Source: Diplonema japonicum
Taxonomy: Eukaryota > Protista > Euglenozoa: Diplonemea
Assembly: GCA_964019335.1 (NCBI GenBank)
Contig: OZ025703.1
Coordinates: forward strand, 1-64,000
DNA: 64,000 bases
Direction: 5' to 3'
The stretch's first letter is position 1. Every line of letters starts with the position of its first letter. Of this stretch, positions 33,373-44,101 are shown piece by piece. A program made the position numbers and the translations under genes. Under the pieces are notes generated by a model. It was not told where the DNA came from, searched no databases, and saw only the letters and a program-made list of their open reading frames with translations.

Positions 33373-36300
33373 ATGGATGAGATACGTGTTGGTGGGGGCG
33401 GAAATGGAATGGCGGGCATCAGCGAGCTGCCGGAGATGGAGGAGGAGGTCTTCACAGGTCCACTGGAAGTGAGGTTAGAACACAAAAACTGGAAGGCTAG
33501 AAAAGCAGCAGCAGAAGAGTTAAAGGCACTATTTGAGAACAAAGGATCGACTGAGCTGTACGAAGCGATGGTCCCAGGGCTTGTGAAAGACAGCAACCCG
33601 TCTGCGCTTGAGGCTGGTCTGGAGTGCTGCACAGCTTACATACAGGCGCTTGACAGTCTCCCTCCAAATGCAAAACGGATCGTGTTCTCCATACTCGAGA
33701 AGGGTGTTGCTGGACGCCCAAAGACCCTCCTTAACAGCCAGGCAGTCTTTTCCCTTCTTGTTGAGGTGGGTGGTACCGCCGAATTTGTGGAAGCCCTTGA
33801 TGGCGTCTTGCCTAAGGTCAAGGCAGTGAAGCACAAGCAGCAGCTTGCCGCTTCCATCCTCCTCCTGTTCACGACCTTCGGTGCCACCCCCTTCGACCTG
33901 AAGCAGTGCATCCCTTTCCTTACGAAGCTCATCAGCGAGTCTGACGACAAAGTCAGAAAAGCCATTCGCCAGGTGATTGTTCACTTCTACCAATTGTCAG
34001 GTGAAGCTATTATCTCAATATTAGAAAGCAAAGGTGTGAAGGCAGCGACGGTTGCAGAACTGAAGAAAGAGTGCGAAGCAGCGGCACCCCTCCCTGCCCC
34101 CACTAAAGTAGTTAAAGGTGCTGCTGCAGCCTCGGCGGTACCTTCACAGGAAGGAGGGTCGGAGGCATTTACCAGCACGGACAACCCTCTTTACGACATT
34201 GCGGATCCTGAGCCGGTGTTGAAGCATCTGCCGAAGGACTTCCATTCTGTGGTTTCAGACCACAAAGCAAAATGGGGGGTGAAGAAGGGGATGGTCGAGA
34301 GCAATCTGATGCCCCACGTTACGAAAGTTAAACTGCAGCACGACGACTACCACGAGCTGACAAAAACGATGAAGAAGGCGCTCACTGACCCTAACATCGC
34401 CATGACGGCCCTCGCGATGAAGGTATTCATGTATCTCTGCAAGGGTCTGAGACAGGCCTATTCACGAGAGGCGAGGATATTGTTCCCCACCTTCTTGGAC
34501 CTCATGAAGGAAAAGAAGAACACTGTCGGCGACCCCCTGCGCGACACGTTGTTCGCGATGTACGAGCACAGCATCGTCAACCTACCTGACGTGAACGATG
34601 ACATTGTAAAGGCGTCCACGGATAAGGTGCTGCTTGTGAGGCAGGGCCTTGCGTTGTGGATGGAAAGATGCGTGCTGTCCTCGGCTGAGAAGGCAGGCAA
34701 GTCCATGAAGATCTTTGCCCCCGTAGCCGTCAATATGCTCACGAACGACCAAGACGCAGGAGTGAAAGACGCAGCGGCAAAAGTGTGCATGGCTTACGTG
34801 AAGCAGTGCGGCGAAGACAACTGCCATTTCGTAAACGAGCTTCCGCAGAAGCTACAGGACAGAATTCTGAAAGGTAAACCGTCAGACGGTCTTTCTAAGA
34901 AACCGTTCTCTGCACGTGGGCCAAAACCGACCGCATCTACTGAAGACGCGGCGGCACCGAAGTCTGCTAGACCTGCTTCTGCAAGAGGCGCACCAAAAGC
35001 TAAGTCTGCCGCAATGCCCGCTCCCAAGGCGGACGACGTTCCAGCACCCTTCAGTAGAAGCGATGCTGAGGTAATGTTGGAAGAGCTAGTGGCAGATGCC
35101 GCTGCACCAGCTGTCGCAGGGCTCATGGCCAAGACAGGGAAAGAAAGGCTTGAGGCGCTCTCGACATTGGGAACAGCACTACAGGGAATGCCGGAGTCCA
35201 ACGCCGCGAAGGCGCTCGAGGTGGTCTCGTCCTTGTTCTATACGTCAACACCCGGCTGGAAAGACTCAAGCTTCCAGGCACTGCTAGAGATGCTGCGGAT
35301 CTTGTCGATGTTGTCAGGCAAGGTTGAGGCCATACCGCCACGTGTTGTGAAGGCAGTCACCCCTGCGGTCGAGAAAATACAAGATCTGAAAATCAAGAAG
35401 CCCCTGAAGGAGTACCTATCTGTTCTGTGTGAGGGGACGTCACCACGCTTAGTATTCGGCAACGTACTTAATGTTCTGAGCAACACCAAGGGACCGAAGA
35501 CAATCCAGGAAGGTCTGGAATGGATGGCAGAGACACTAGTCGAGTTCGGAGGTGGCACTTGTGACGAGAAGGCGGTTATTAGCTACGCGATCAAGTGTCT
35601 CGAGATGCCCACACCTACCATCAAAGCTGCTGCATTGAAGGTCTTCTCCGCTCTGGCGAGGTGTAGCGGTGCGCAGGCAGTCCTTCGCATTGCAAAAGGC
35701 ACAGACCTGAGGGCCGCATTACTGAAACAGATTGAAGATGAATGCGAGAAGGTCAAGAACAGCGCGCCAGTGGTTCCCACTAGAACAGCGAAGAATGCCC
35801 CTGCAAAACAAGGCGCAGAAGGCAGCCTTGACGAACCGAAGGATATTAGACCCATGATCGACTCTGCTTTGCTTGAGAAACTGAGTGCTAGCAACTGGAG
35901 CAGGCGAGAGGAGGCCTTGGTCGACGTGTCTAAGATTGTGAACCGAAGGTTGAAGCCCGACGTTGGGCATGATTTAATACCGGCACTGAAGCAACGACTG
36001 GGGGACACAAACAAGAGAATCATCCCTGTCACGTGTAGTGTGATCACCGAGATGTTCGAAGGGATGGGAGCTGCTTGCAAGATGCACGCGCACAAGCTGC
36101 TGCCTACCGTGCTCAACCTTCTAGGCGACCAGAAGCCTGCAGTCCGACAGGGTGCGAGAAAGGTATTGGCTGCTTACGACAAGCTATGCGGTTTGGAAGG
36201 CCTTCTGCCCTACCTTCCGAAAGCCATGGCCACCGATGTCCCCAGCGCCAGGCAGGAGCTCAGCGAGTTCCTTATCGACGTGCTCAGCAGGGATGCCGAC

Positions 36301-38197
36301 AAGATGCCCCCGAACTCTCTTAAACCAACGGTTCAACCATTGGTGAGTTTCCTCCAAGATAGGCATCCCACCACCCGCAAACTGGCGGAGGAGATGTTGA
36401 AGCCTATCATCGGCAACGTGGGGTACGACACTGTCGCTAAGCACGTGGGAGACCTCGGCCTGGCTAACCAACGTGCCCTGTTACCCATTCTCGAGAAGAA
36501 CAAACAATTCGACAAAACAGCACAACAACCGGTGAAGCCTGTGAAGAAGCCGGCGAAGGCGCCCCTCTCTGCGAGGGACAACAAAGACGTCCCCTCTGAG
36601 GACGAACCGCCTTTGCAGAAACCGCGTATCACCTACGAGCAGCAGCCCAAATCGGAAGACGAGGAGATGCCGGCGCAAGACGAAGGCATGTACAAACCCA
36701 AGCAAGTGTTCAAGTCTATGACGAAGGACGCAGGCAACGGGGATATGCATATTGCGGACATGGACTTGCCCTCGAAAACACCTGCCATGCCCAGGCAGAT
36801 GCACGCACAGATCGCCATCACGTCAGTTCCTATGGTATGATAGCACAGACCACACGCATCACCACTGCAGGCTGTCGAGTTGCTCACGCATCAAGATATT
36901 GAGATGTGCTTGCGGGCGGCGGAAAAGATCCAGACGCACCACCAGCAGGGCGGCAGCATCCCCATCGATGAAGTCATGCTCAAGACAATGACAAAGCTGA
37001 CCCACATATGCACGGACGTGAACGTCGCACTGGACGTGCGTGCCTGCAGGGGGCTGGTGGCCTTCATGACGGTATGAACGGTTGTTTTAGTATTTACCAT
37101 TATTTGCAGGAAGTGTTCGTACCGCCAGTGTCGCAACAGTGCAAGACAGAGACAATGTTTTACCTCATCGGGGCTCTATTGGACAACTTGCTGACAGAGA
37201 AGCTGCACAGCACCTACAAGGACAAGGCCGACACCGCGACGGAGCGGGAAAAGAGGGACTGCGACAGTACGCTTCGATGCCTCAACTCACTAATGCTGAA
37301 ACTGCTAGAGAGAAGCGGTCGGACAGAAACCTTCTGCGCACTTATCAAAAGGCTCGACATGTATAATAAGCTTATTTACAACGAGAGCTCCCGCTACGTG
37401 CAATATGTGGAGCTTGTTGCGAAGTGCCTTTTGAAGCTCATCAGGTTCGTGACGCAAGAGAACACGTCTGTCGACTTCACGAAGCTGCTGTATGTCGCAA
37501 CACCAAACGTAGCATAACAAAACAGGAGCGCTGTGCACGAGTTCCTTACAGAAAACCCGCCAACGAACTTCAAGGGCAAAATGGAGCTGCCTCTGCGCAC
37601 GGTGAAGACGCTGTTGAATGAGCTGGTGAAGGTGAAAGGGGAGGGCATCCTGGACTGCTTGATGGTGCTGAACATCAACGAGAACGCACTGATCTCTGAG
37701 TTCATCAACATGTGTCTTCACAAACAGGTATGCTTGTTGTAGTGCGGCGGTGCGACATATACAATAAACAGGACGGGATAGTGCCTGTTCAACAAGGCCA
37801 CTCACCGCAGATGCCACCGCAGGCAAAGAAGCAGGCAATCGCACAACCGCCAGCTAGTATATCGATGCCTTTAGCCGCACCGCCTACCGGGAGGGGGAAC
37901 GTGCCACCCGAAACTGCAGCACAAATGGATGTTATATTTTCACGTGTTCGAAAAACAGATACCTCAAGGGATGGCGTTGCAGAATTGTACACACTGATGC
38001 AGGCCAACCCCAACCTTGATATCACTCCTTGGCTATCGGAGTGTTCTACACCATTTCAAGGCTTCCTTCAGAGACAATTGGCAGCGCAGGCCAATGCTGG
38101 AGCACAGAAGGCATCTGCGGTTTCCGCTTCGCATGAGTCCATGATGGCAATCAGAGACCGCATGGCTAAGATGCGACAAGCTAAGGCGGCAAAATAG
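33373..38197 (+). CDS. XMAP215/ch-TOG (CKAP5/MOR1) microtubule polymerase; introns near 36835, 37072, 37490 and 37728
   Basis: TOG/HEAT repeats (HKNWKARK, KWGVKK, NWSRREEAL, LKQRLGDTNK) and C-terminal LNSLMLKLLE..KCLLKL..PLRTVKTLL. Confidence 0.9.
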
Positions 38198-38671
38198 CCC
38201 TGTTGCCGAAGCTTTAGATTCTCTTTCCATTTCTTGCCTCGGGAAAAAAGGGGGGGGTAACACCTTTCCCCCATCTCCCCTTTCCCCATTGTTAGATGTT
38301 GCACAGAAAAAAAAAATCAAACCTTATTGGTACATGTTTCACCTTTACAGGCCCCTTCTTCCTACCCTGCATGTTTATACCGTGTCCTCCTTTTTTTTAT
38401 ATTCCATTTATTGTTAGATTCCCTTTTTTTTTTTTATTTACCGTTCAGTCCGCCAACCACTCCACCCGGGTCGAAAACAAAAGAGAGGAATTATCTTCTT
38501 CTTATTGGTTTCTTTTTTTTTTCTTTCCAGTTCTTCCATTTTTTTTTCTAGTATGATATATGCAAAGAATTGACTTGTCTGGCGTCAAAGATACGGGAGG
38601 GGGGGAAGAGTAGGAGGAGGCTACAACGAGAATACACCAAAAAAATAATGAGCACCCCCCCCCCCCCCCCC

Positions 38672-38844
38672 TAGGGCTATGCTGGCAGGAAACGTGGAAA
38701 CGTTTCCGTTTCCGTTCCCGTTTCCGTTTCTATACTTTTCAAAATTCTTATGGAAACGGCTTCCTTCTTAAGGAAACATAAGGAAACGTTTCCGTATCCG
38801 TTTCCGTTTCCGTTTCCCTTTTTTTCAAAAAATGCATAGCCCTA
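38672..38844. mobile_element. Ac/Ds-like (hAT) MITE, 173 bp
   Basis: Perfect 11-bp TIR TAGGGCTATGC/GCATAGCCCTA and clustered CCGTTT (=AAACGG) subterminal repeats. Confidence 0.8.
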
Positions 38845-38868
38845 GGGGGGGTCATAAGGGGGTCGTTA

Positions 38869-39252
38869 TTTGCCCTTTTTCAGGCTCTTCGCCAAGGGCA
38901 TTTTGGGCCCTTAAAAAAACTGTAACCACCCCAAAAGTGCCCACAAATCACCCAAACCCCCGTTTCCCGATGGTTTCCGGCCCCAGAAGTGCCCAGAATC
39001 ATGTTCTAATTTTGGGGCCCCCGTTTGGTACTTTCCCTATGTAATCCTAGGGGCCCCTATTTTATGTTCCCTAGGATTACATAGGGAAAGTACCAAACGG
39101 GGGCCCCAAAATTAGAACATGATTCTGGGCACTTCTGGGGCCGGAAACCATCGGGAAACGGGGGTTTGGGTGATTTGTGGGCACTTTTGGGGTGGTTACA
39201 GTTTTTTTAAGGGCCCAAAATGCCCTTGGCGAAGAGCCTGAAAAAGGGCAAA
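38869..39252. repeat. Palindrome with 184-bp arms (38869-39052 / 39069-39252) and a 16-bp spacer
   Basis: Arms are reverse complements; the same peptide appears in ORFs 38832..39044+ and 39077..39310-. Confidence 0.93.
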
Positions 39253-39425
39253 AAGTGGCCCTTTTTAAGGACCATATGACCCTACCCCCCCCCCCCCCCC
39301 CCCCCGTCACTTTTCTGTTTCATTTTTATTCATTCATTTTTCTTTTGAGTGCCTTCTGTGTTTCGTCAGGGCAGCCCCGTTAGTGAAGCCACCTACCTGC
39401 CTCACCGCCCATTCAGGACTGCACA

Positions 39426-40421
39426 ATGTCGGGTGGTCAGAGCTACCAGGCTCTGGTAGGACAACTAAAGACTTCATATTTGAAGCTTAAGAAGAAGCTG
39501 GGGAAAAATGATGGTGTGGGAGTGGAGAGTTGCGTATTGGACGCCGAAAAACTAGCGAAGGAACAAAGCGGGACAGGAGAGGGCGTTGCACTGCTACAGG
39601 CAGCACGGATGCGGAACGTGCAGGGAGACACTGCAGGCGAGGCGGAGGGCTACCTCCAATCAGGCATTGCATTTATGGAAGCCGAAATGGAAAGGTTTAA
39701 AGTAGGGGTGGCCACACTGGACCAGGACGCTGCAAAGGGGCTGCTTGCCCTGAACTTTGCCATCATGCTCAACATAAAGCTGCACAGGAACGAGGCAGCC
39801 TACACAACAGCTACCTACACCGCAGAGTCTATGATGATCTTGCGATGCCCCGATATCGCATCTAGCTACTTCAGCATTGCTGCTGGTGTTGTGAAGCCCA
39901 CCGACAAGCTCCTTAAGGACACCGCCCTGCAGCGTGCTCTCGCCGTGTACGTGTCCATCTGGGATGTCGAGGCTGCTCTGCAAACCGCCGATGAGCTGCT
40001 TGAATCCCTTCCAACCCCAAGGGTCGCTCCGCAGAGCACCCCAGCAAGCGAGGAAGAAGACGATCAAGAAGATATCCCTGATGACAGTGACATGTTCGTC
40101 GCACCACCCCCCACAGGCTTCTACCTTCCGCGTACTTCACAGACAGCCAAACACGAGGAGGTCCTCCTGACCGTGACTCTGCTGCACCTCGCCCTAAATA
40201 ACATCCCCAAAGCTACTTTCACTCTCGACAAGCTCCGCCCTTATTCCAACACGCATCTCTTCACTTATACATCGCTTCTTGTGCACCACCTGCAAGACTC
40301 TCAGAAAGGAATCACGGCACCCCACCCCCCACCGCCGTACACTTCCAAGACGCACTTGCTGGCCTACCAGAGGGTTATGACGTCCAAGATGTACTGCTTC
40401 GTGGACCCCGATGAGAGTTAG
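39426..40421 (+). CDS. TPR/SNAP-fold protein, possibly HAP40 (F8A)-like
   Basis: Helical protein; N-terminal YQALVGQLK..YL and ALLQAAR..GEAEGYLQSGIAF resemble the HAP40 N-terminus; acidic central insert. Confidence 0.5.
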   Translation: MSGGQSYQALVGQLKTSYLKLKKKLGKNDGVGVESCVLDAEKLAKEQSGTGEGVALLQAARMRNVQGDTAGEAEGYLQSGIAFMEAEMERFKVGVATLDQDAAKGLLALNFAIMLNIKLHRNEAAYTTATYTAESMMILRCPDIASSYFSIAAGVVKPTDKLLKDTALQRALAVYVSIWDVEAALQTADELLESLPTPRVAPQSTPASEEEDDQEDIPDDSDMFVAPPPTGFYLPRTSQTAKHEEVLLTVTLLHLALNNIPKATFTLDKLRPYSNTHLFTYTSLLVHHLQDSQKGITAPHPPPPYTSKTHLLAYQRVMTSKMYCFVDPDES

Positions 40422-40508
40422 CCGACCAGCATCGAGTCAATAATGACACAGTTAGTTTTTTCCTTCGCACTACTTAGTCTTGTCTACTTAAGCAACTAGA
40501 CAGGAGTG

Positions 40509-41387
40509 ATGAAAACCATCTGCCTCCTGTGTGGCTTGCCTGGGGCGGGCAAGTCCACAGTCCTGAAGTCCCTGCGAGAGTCCCAGGTGCCCCCTGAAGC
40601 GACTGTCGTGACAGTGCTGCTGGATGAGATATTGGAGCTTGTGATGGAGGGGGAAGGGGGGTTCAGCCCTGAGGCGTGGCACCGTGCACAGGCGGTGATG
40701 AAAGAGCTGGTGCTGCTGCTGGTGGGCGGTGAGGGTGAGCCAAGTAGGCATGCAGGGGGAATGCTGAAGCGGCTGAGTGACGAATGGAAGAGGGCAAAAG
40801 AGGTTTTAGTCATCGTGGAGGACAATTTTTATTACAAAAGCATGAGGAGTGTGTATCAGAAGGTTGCAGAGCAAAAGGGGATAGGGTTCTGTGCCGTGTG
40901 GATGGAGTGCGGGTTAGAGACGTGCTTGAAACGCAACCAGGAGAGACAAGAAGGCAAGGTGAGCGAGAAAGTAATCCGTGACATGCACAAGGTCATGAGC
41001 AGCGACGACAAGGGCCTCACGGTGTTCAAATCCGACAAGAAAACGCCAGCTGAGATGGTTGCCGACCTTCTCGACTGTTGCCACAAGGCTTCTCTGCACC
41101 CCCTCGAAGACACCAGCGGCATCGAAGAGGCCCGCCTCGTTCACGAACGCTCCGCCACAGCCGGCAGCATCTCACATCAGTTGGACCTTGCCCTCCGCAA
41201 GGCTACCACCACCGTGCTCTCCAACTTGAATGGTTCCCAAAAGCAAACCCACGGTGCCACAATTGCAGGCCTCCGACGTGAAGTCCTACGCCAGTCCACC
41301 GTGTCTGGCACAGGCGTGGGCCTCATCTCAGATGTGGTAGAGTGCTTCCAGGCGTCGGCGTGGGCGGCCCTGCGGACTGATTTTTAG
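40509..41387 (+). CDS. PSTK: L-seryl-tRNA(Sec) kinase
   Basis: LLCGLPGAGKST P-loop, EDNFYYKSMR, TCLKRN..R, C-terminal HQLDLALRK. Confidence 0.8.
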   Translation: MKTICLLCGLPGAGKSTVLKSLRESQVPPEATVVTVLLDEILELVMEGEGGFSPEAWHRAQAVMKELVLLLVGGEGEPSRHAGGMLKRLSDEWKRAKEVLVIVEDNFYYKSMRSVYQKVAEQKGIGFCAVWMECGLETCLKRNQERQEGKVSEKVIRDMHKVMSSDDKGLTVFKSDKKTPAEMVADLLDCCHKASLHPLEDTSGIEEARLVHERSATAGSISHQLDLALRKATTTVLSNLNGSQKQTHGATIAGLRREVLRQSTVSGTGVGLISDVVECFQASAWAALRTDF

Positions 41388-41442
41388 ACCTAATTTTATT
41401 GCCTTTCTGCCACACAACGCAAAATGCAGTTATACACCAAGC

Positions 41443-41886
41443 ATGGCGAGCATAGGGTTCCAAACCGAGAATGGTAGTTTCGTATTACACAGCAAGTCTG
41501 GGCGACGTTCGTGCCCTTCACTGGACCATGATGTGTCGGAGCAGAGAGTGTTCATGTTGGAGCGCCGTGGGAAGAGGGGTGAGAGGAAGTCCCTTGGTGC
41601 GGCACCAATGCAGGGACCGACGGAGATAAGCGAGGAGGTGGTAGTGACGTTGACAGCAGAGGACGCTGCAGCGAGAGACGCTGTGCTAGCGGACGAGGCC
41701 CAGGAGAGGAGGTCTATCTTTTTGGAGTTTCACAACGAGACGGCCCGCTTGGAGGAAAAGGAGTTCGAGTGCCGCAGGACGGAAATGGACGATGCAGATA
41801 TCAGCCTGATGGGCAAACCACCAGTGAAACAAACCCCAACGGGCCCCGTGGTCAGGGGCATCGGCGGCCAGCCGATGGGCTACTGA
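41443..41886 (+). CDS. Hypothetical protein
   Basis: 147-aa ATG ORF with coding-like composition, collinear with the cluster. Confidence 0.6.
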   Translation: MASIGFQTENGSFVLHSKSGRRSCPSLDHDVSEQRVFMLERRGKRGERKSLGAAPMQGPTEISEEVVVTLTAEDAAARDAVLADEAQERRSIFLEFHNETARLEEKEFECRRTEMDDADISLMGKPPVKQTPTGPVVRGIGGQPMGY

Positions 41887-42130
41887 AAAAAAAAAAACTT
41901 AATGGTAGGCTTTCCAGTCTGTCATGCGCCTTGTCCCTTGTCCTTGCAAATTGCCGAAGCTTCACGGGGACTATTGCAGTTACTGCAAATTAAAGATGGT
42001 CTGTGGCGTGGCTTTTTAATACCTGCCTATCATTTTTGCCTCTTTTTTTGATTTTCTGCCGCCGAATTACTTTATGCCTACATGTTTTTATAAAGTCAAA
42101 GCCGCTATCTCCGTTCAGGTGCCTAGCAAG

Positions 42131-42862
42131 ATGACTGACTCCCGCCAAGAGGCGCGGCAGATGGCGTCCCATGTGTTGGGGCTCAGCGGCGACGAGCCGT
42201 TGATTCGGGACATAGAGAAGTTGGACGGGCACCTCACGAAAGTGGTTGCCGCTGAGTCACCGCTACCCGTGCCTCTGCGTACGTTGAGCAGCCCTTTAAG
42301 GAAGGAAGTGCAGTCACCGAGGGAAACACCGCAGTCCCCACCTCTAATGACTGAAGCAGTGGTTCAGACAGATATACATGAGAAGGAACTGAAAAATATC
42401 ATACGGGACCAAGAAGAGGTCATCACCAACCTGCGCAAGATGCTTGAAGACGAGCAGGAGTGCCACGATGCTAGCCAGGAGCGCGTGAAAATCTTAGAAG
42501 AGGAATGCGAGAGACTGCAAACAACTGTCGTGCTCAGCGAGTCCGCATTAGTGCAGAGCGAGAAACAGCTACAAATTCAAACCCACAAGGCACAAGACCT
42601 CTGCGAACAGATTTGTGTCTACGATGGTCTCAACAAAGAGGTCATGGCCAGGGAGCAGGAGGCACAAGCTTTAGTGCGGGAAGCCCAGAGGCAGCTTGCA
42701 GTGGCTTGCAGTGAGTTAGAACGCATCCACTCAATCACCCCCAGCCAGTCACAGATTGCCGATCTAGGCACGCTGCGCATAAGCGCTTCCACCGCCCAGG
42801 AAACTTACAATGCCGCCCTCCAAGAACTCCACGAAGTGCGGCACACCGACATTCCTTTTTAG
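42131..42862 (+). CDS. Hypothetical coiled-coil protein
   Basis: E/Q/L-rich heptads; ATG follows an AG acceptor-like site. Confidence 0.65.
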   Translation: MTDSRQEARQMASHVLGLSGDEPLIRDIEKLDGHLTKVVAAESPLPVPLRTLSSPLRKEVQSPRETPQSPPLMTEAVVQTDIHEKELKNIIRDQEEVITNLRKMLEDEQECHDASQERVKILEEECERLQTTVVLSESALVQSEKQLQIQTHKAQDLCEQICVYDGLNKEVMAREQEAQALVREAQRQLAVACSELERIHSITPSQSQIADLGTLRISASTAQETYNAALQELHEVRHTDIPF

Positions 42863-42970
42863 ATACCCTTTATATGTTGTATTTAACCCCATGCCCCTTG
42901 CTCTCCTTTTTTTTTTTTTTTTTTTTTTTTTTTTGCCTGAGTTGCTTCTTCATTACACATTATCAGGAGG

Positions 42971-43918
42971 ATGCAGACGAGAGCAAATACAAAACGTAGC
43001 GTGAGCACGCCACGGATGCCTGTGGGGACGGCGCGCACCCCCCAGACCCCGCGTGCGCTTTCCAGGAGGGGTAGTGTCAGCAGTTACACGAGTTTGGGGA
43101 GATCGGCATCGCCTTTTTCGAGTGTACCCAGATCGCCTAGAGCCTACAGCATGGAGAAGAGGTCCCAGAGCATTGAACGGAGGCTGCCCAGATCATTTAG
43201 CACTGAGAAGAGATCGCAGAGCACTGAGCGGCGGCCCCCGAGTCCTTCGCGGAGACAGTTTGCTGGGATGCGCCCGACAGCGAACACAGCGAATTCCTTA
43301 TTTACAACCCCGCATGCTGTCCCAAAGATTGGAGGGCAAATGAAACCTGCCAGAACACCGTGCAACCTCCCGCGCCCCATGAGCCCGCAACCCTTCCCCA
43401 TGAAAATAGGCAGGCGCAAGGAGACAACCGAGCCCTCAATGCGCTCACGACCGTGGGTAACACACTCCATGGCTTCGCTGGACAAGAAGGACCACGCGCA
43501 GAACTTGGCTTTGGCGAGGGAGGTCCAGAGCACACCCCGGGCAATCAGCATTGAAAGGAACAGCGACATGCAGACTTCAAGGATGGTAGCAGCGGGTGGC
43601 ACACCAGGCAAGAGCATTCAGGTTGATATCATGAAGCCAAAACAATCCCCGTTAGACACTATCCACACCATGAGGAACACGCTCCCTCAGGAGCACATTG
43701 AAGACCGTGCAGCATGCTTTGGCACTACTGCCCTCACCTTCACCCTCTCGTCAACGCTGGGTGTTCTGGCAGGGAAGCTCATACAAGAGGACCCCTCCAT
43801 TGCCTTGGACAAACACGCTGCCCACCTCATCCCCGTGCTCTTATCTGCCAAGGCGCAACTTCTTGACACAGCAGAGCATCTCGACTCCATCATCACCAAT
43901 AGTGGTGTTTCCGCGTAG
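42971..43918 (+). CDS. Hypothetical S/R/P-rich protein
   Basis: 315-aa ORF with an internal repeat (EKRSQSIERR/EKRSQSTERR). Confidence 0.65.
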   Translation: MQTRANTKRSVSTPRMPVGTARTPQTPRALSRRGSVSSYTSLGRSASPFSSVPRSPRAYSMEKRSQSIERRLPRSFSTEKRSQSTERRPPSPSRRQFAGMRPTANTANSLFTTPHAVPKIGGQMKPARTPCNLPRPMSPQPFPMKIGRRKETTEPSMRSRPWVTHSMASLDKKDHAQNLALAREVQSTPRAISIERNSDMQTSRMVAAGGTPGKSIQVDIMKPKQSPLDTIHTMRNTLPQEHIEDRAACFGTTALTFTLSSTLGVLAGKLIQEDPSIALDKHAAHLIPVLLSAKAQLLDTAEHLDSIITNSGVSA

Positions 43919-44101
43919 ACCTTTCCCCCTTTGCTAAAAATGAAATGTTGATATTTTGTACTTTTGTATCTATTTACTTTCCACCCTTTTTGTACATTGC
44001 TATTCGACTGTCTTTGTGCACTTGCCCCTAACGCTCTGCAGGCATTGTTGTTCAAGAGGGAAACAAAAAAGAAAAAAAAAAATGCAATCATAAGCACAGC
44101 A

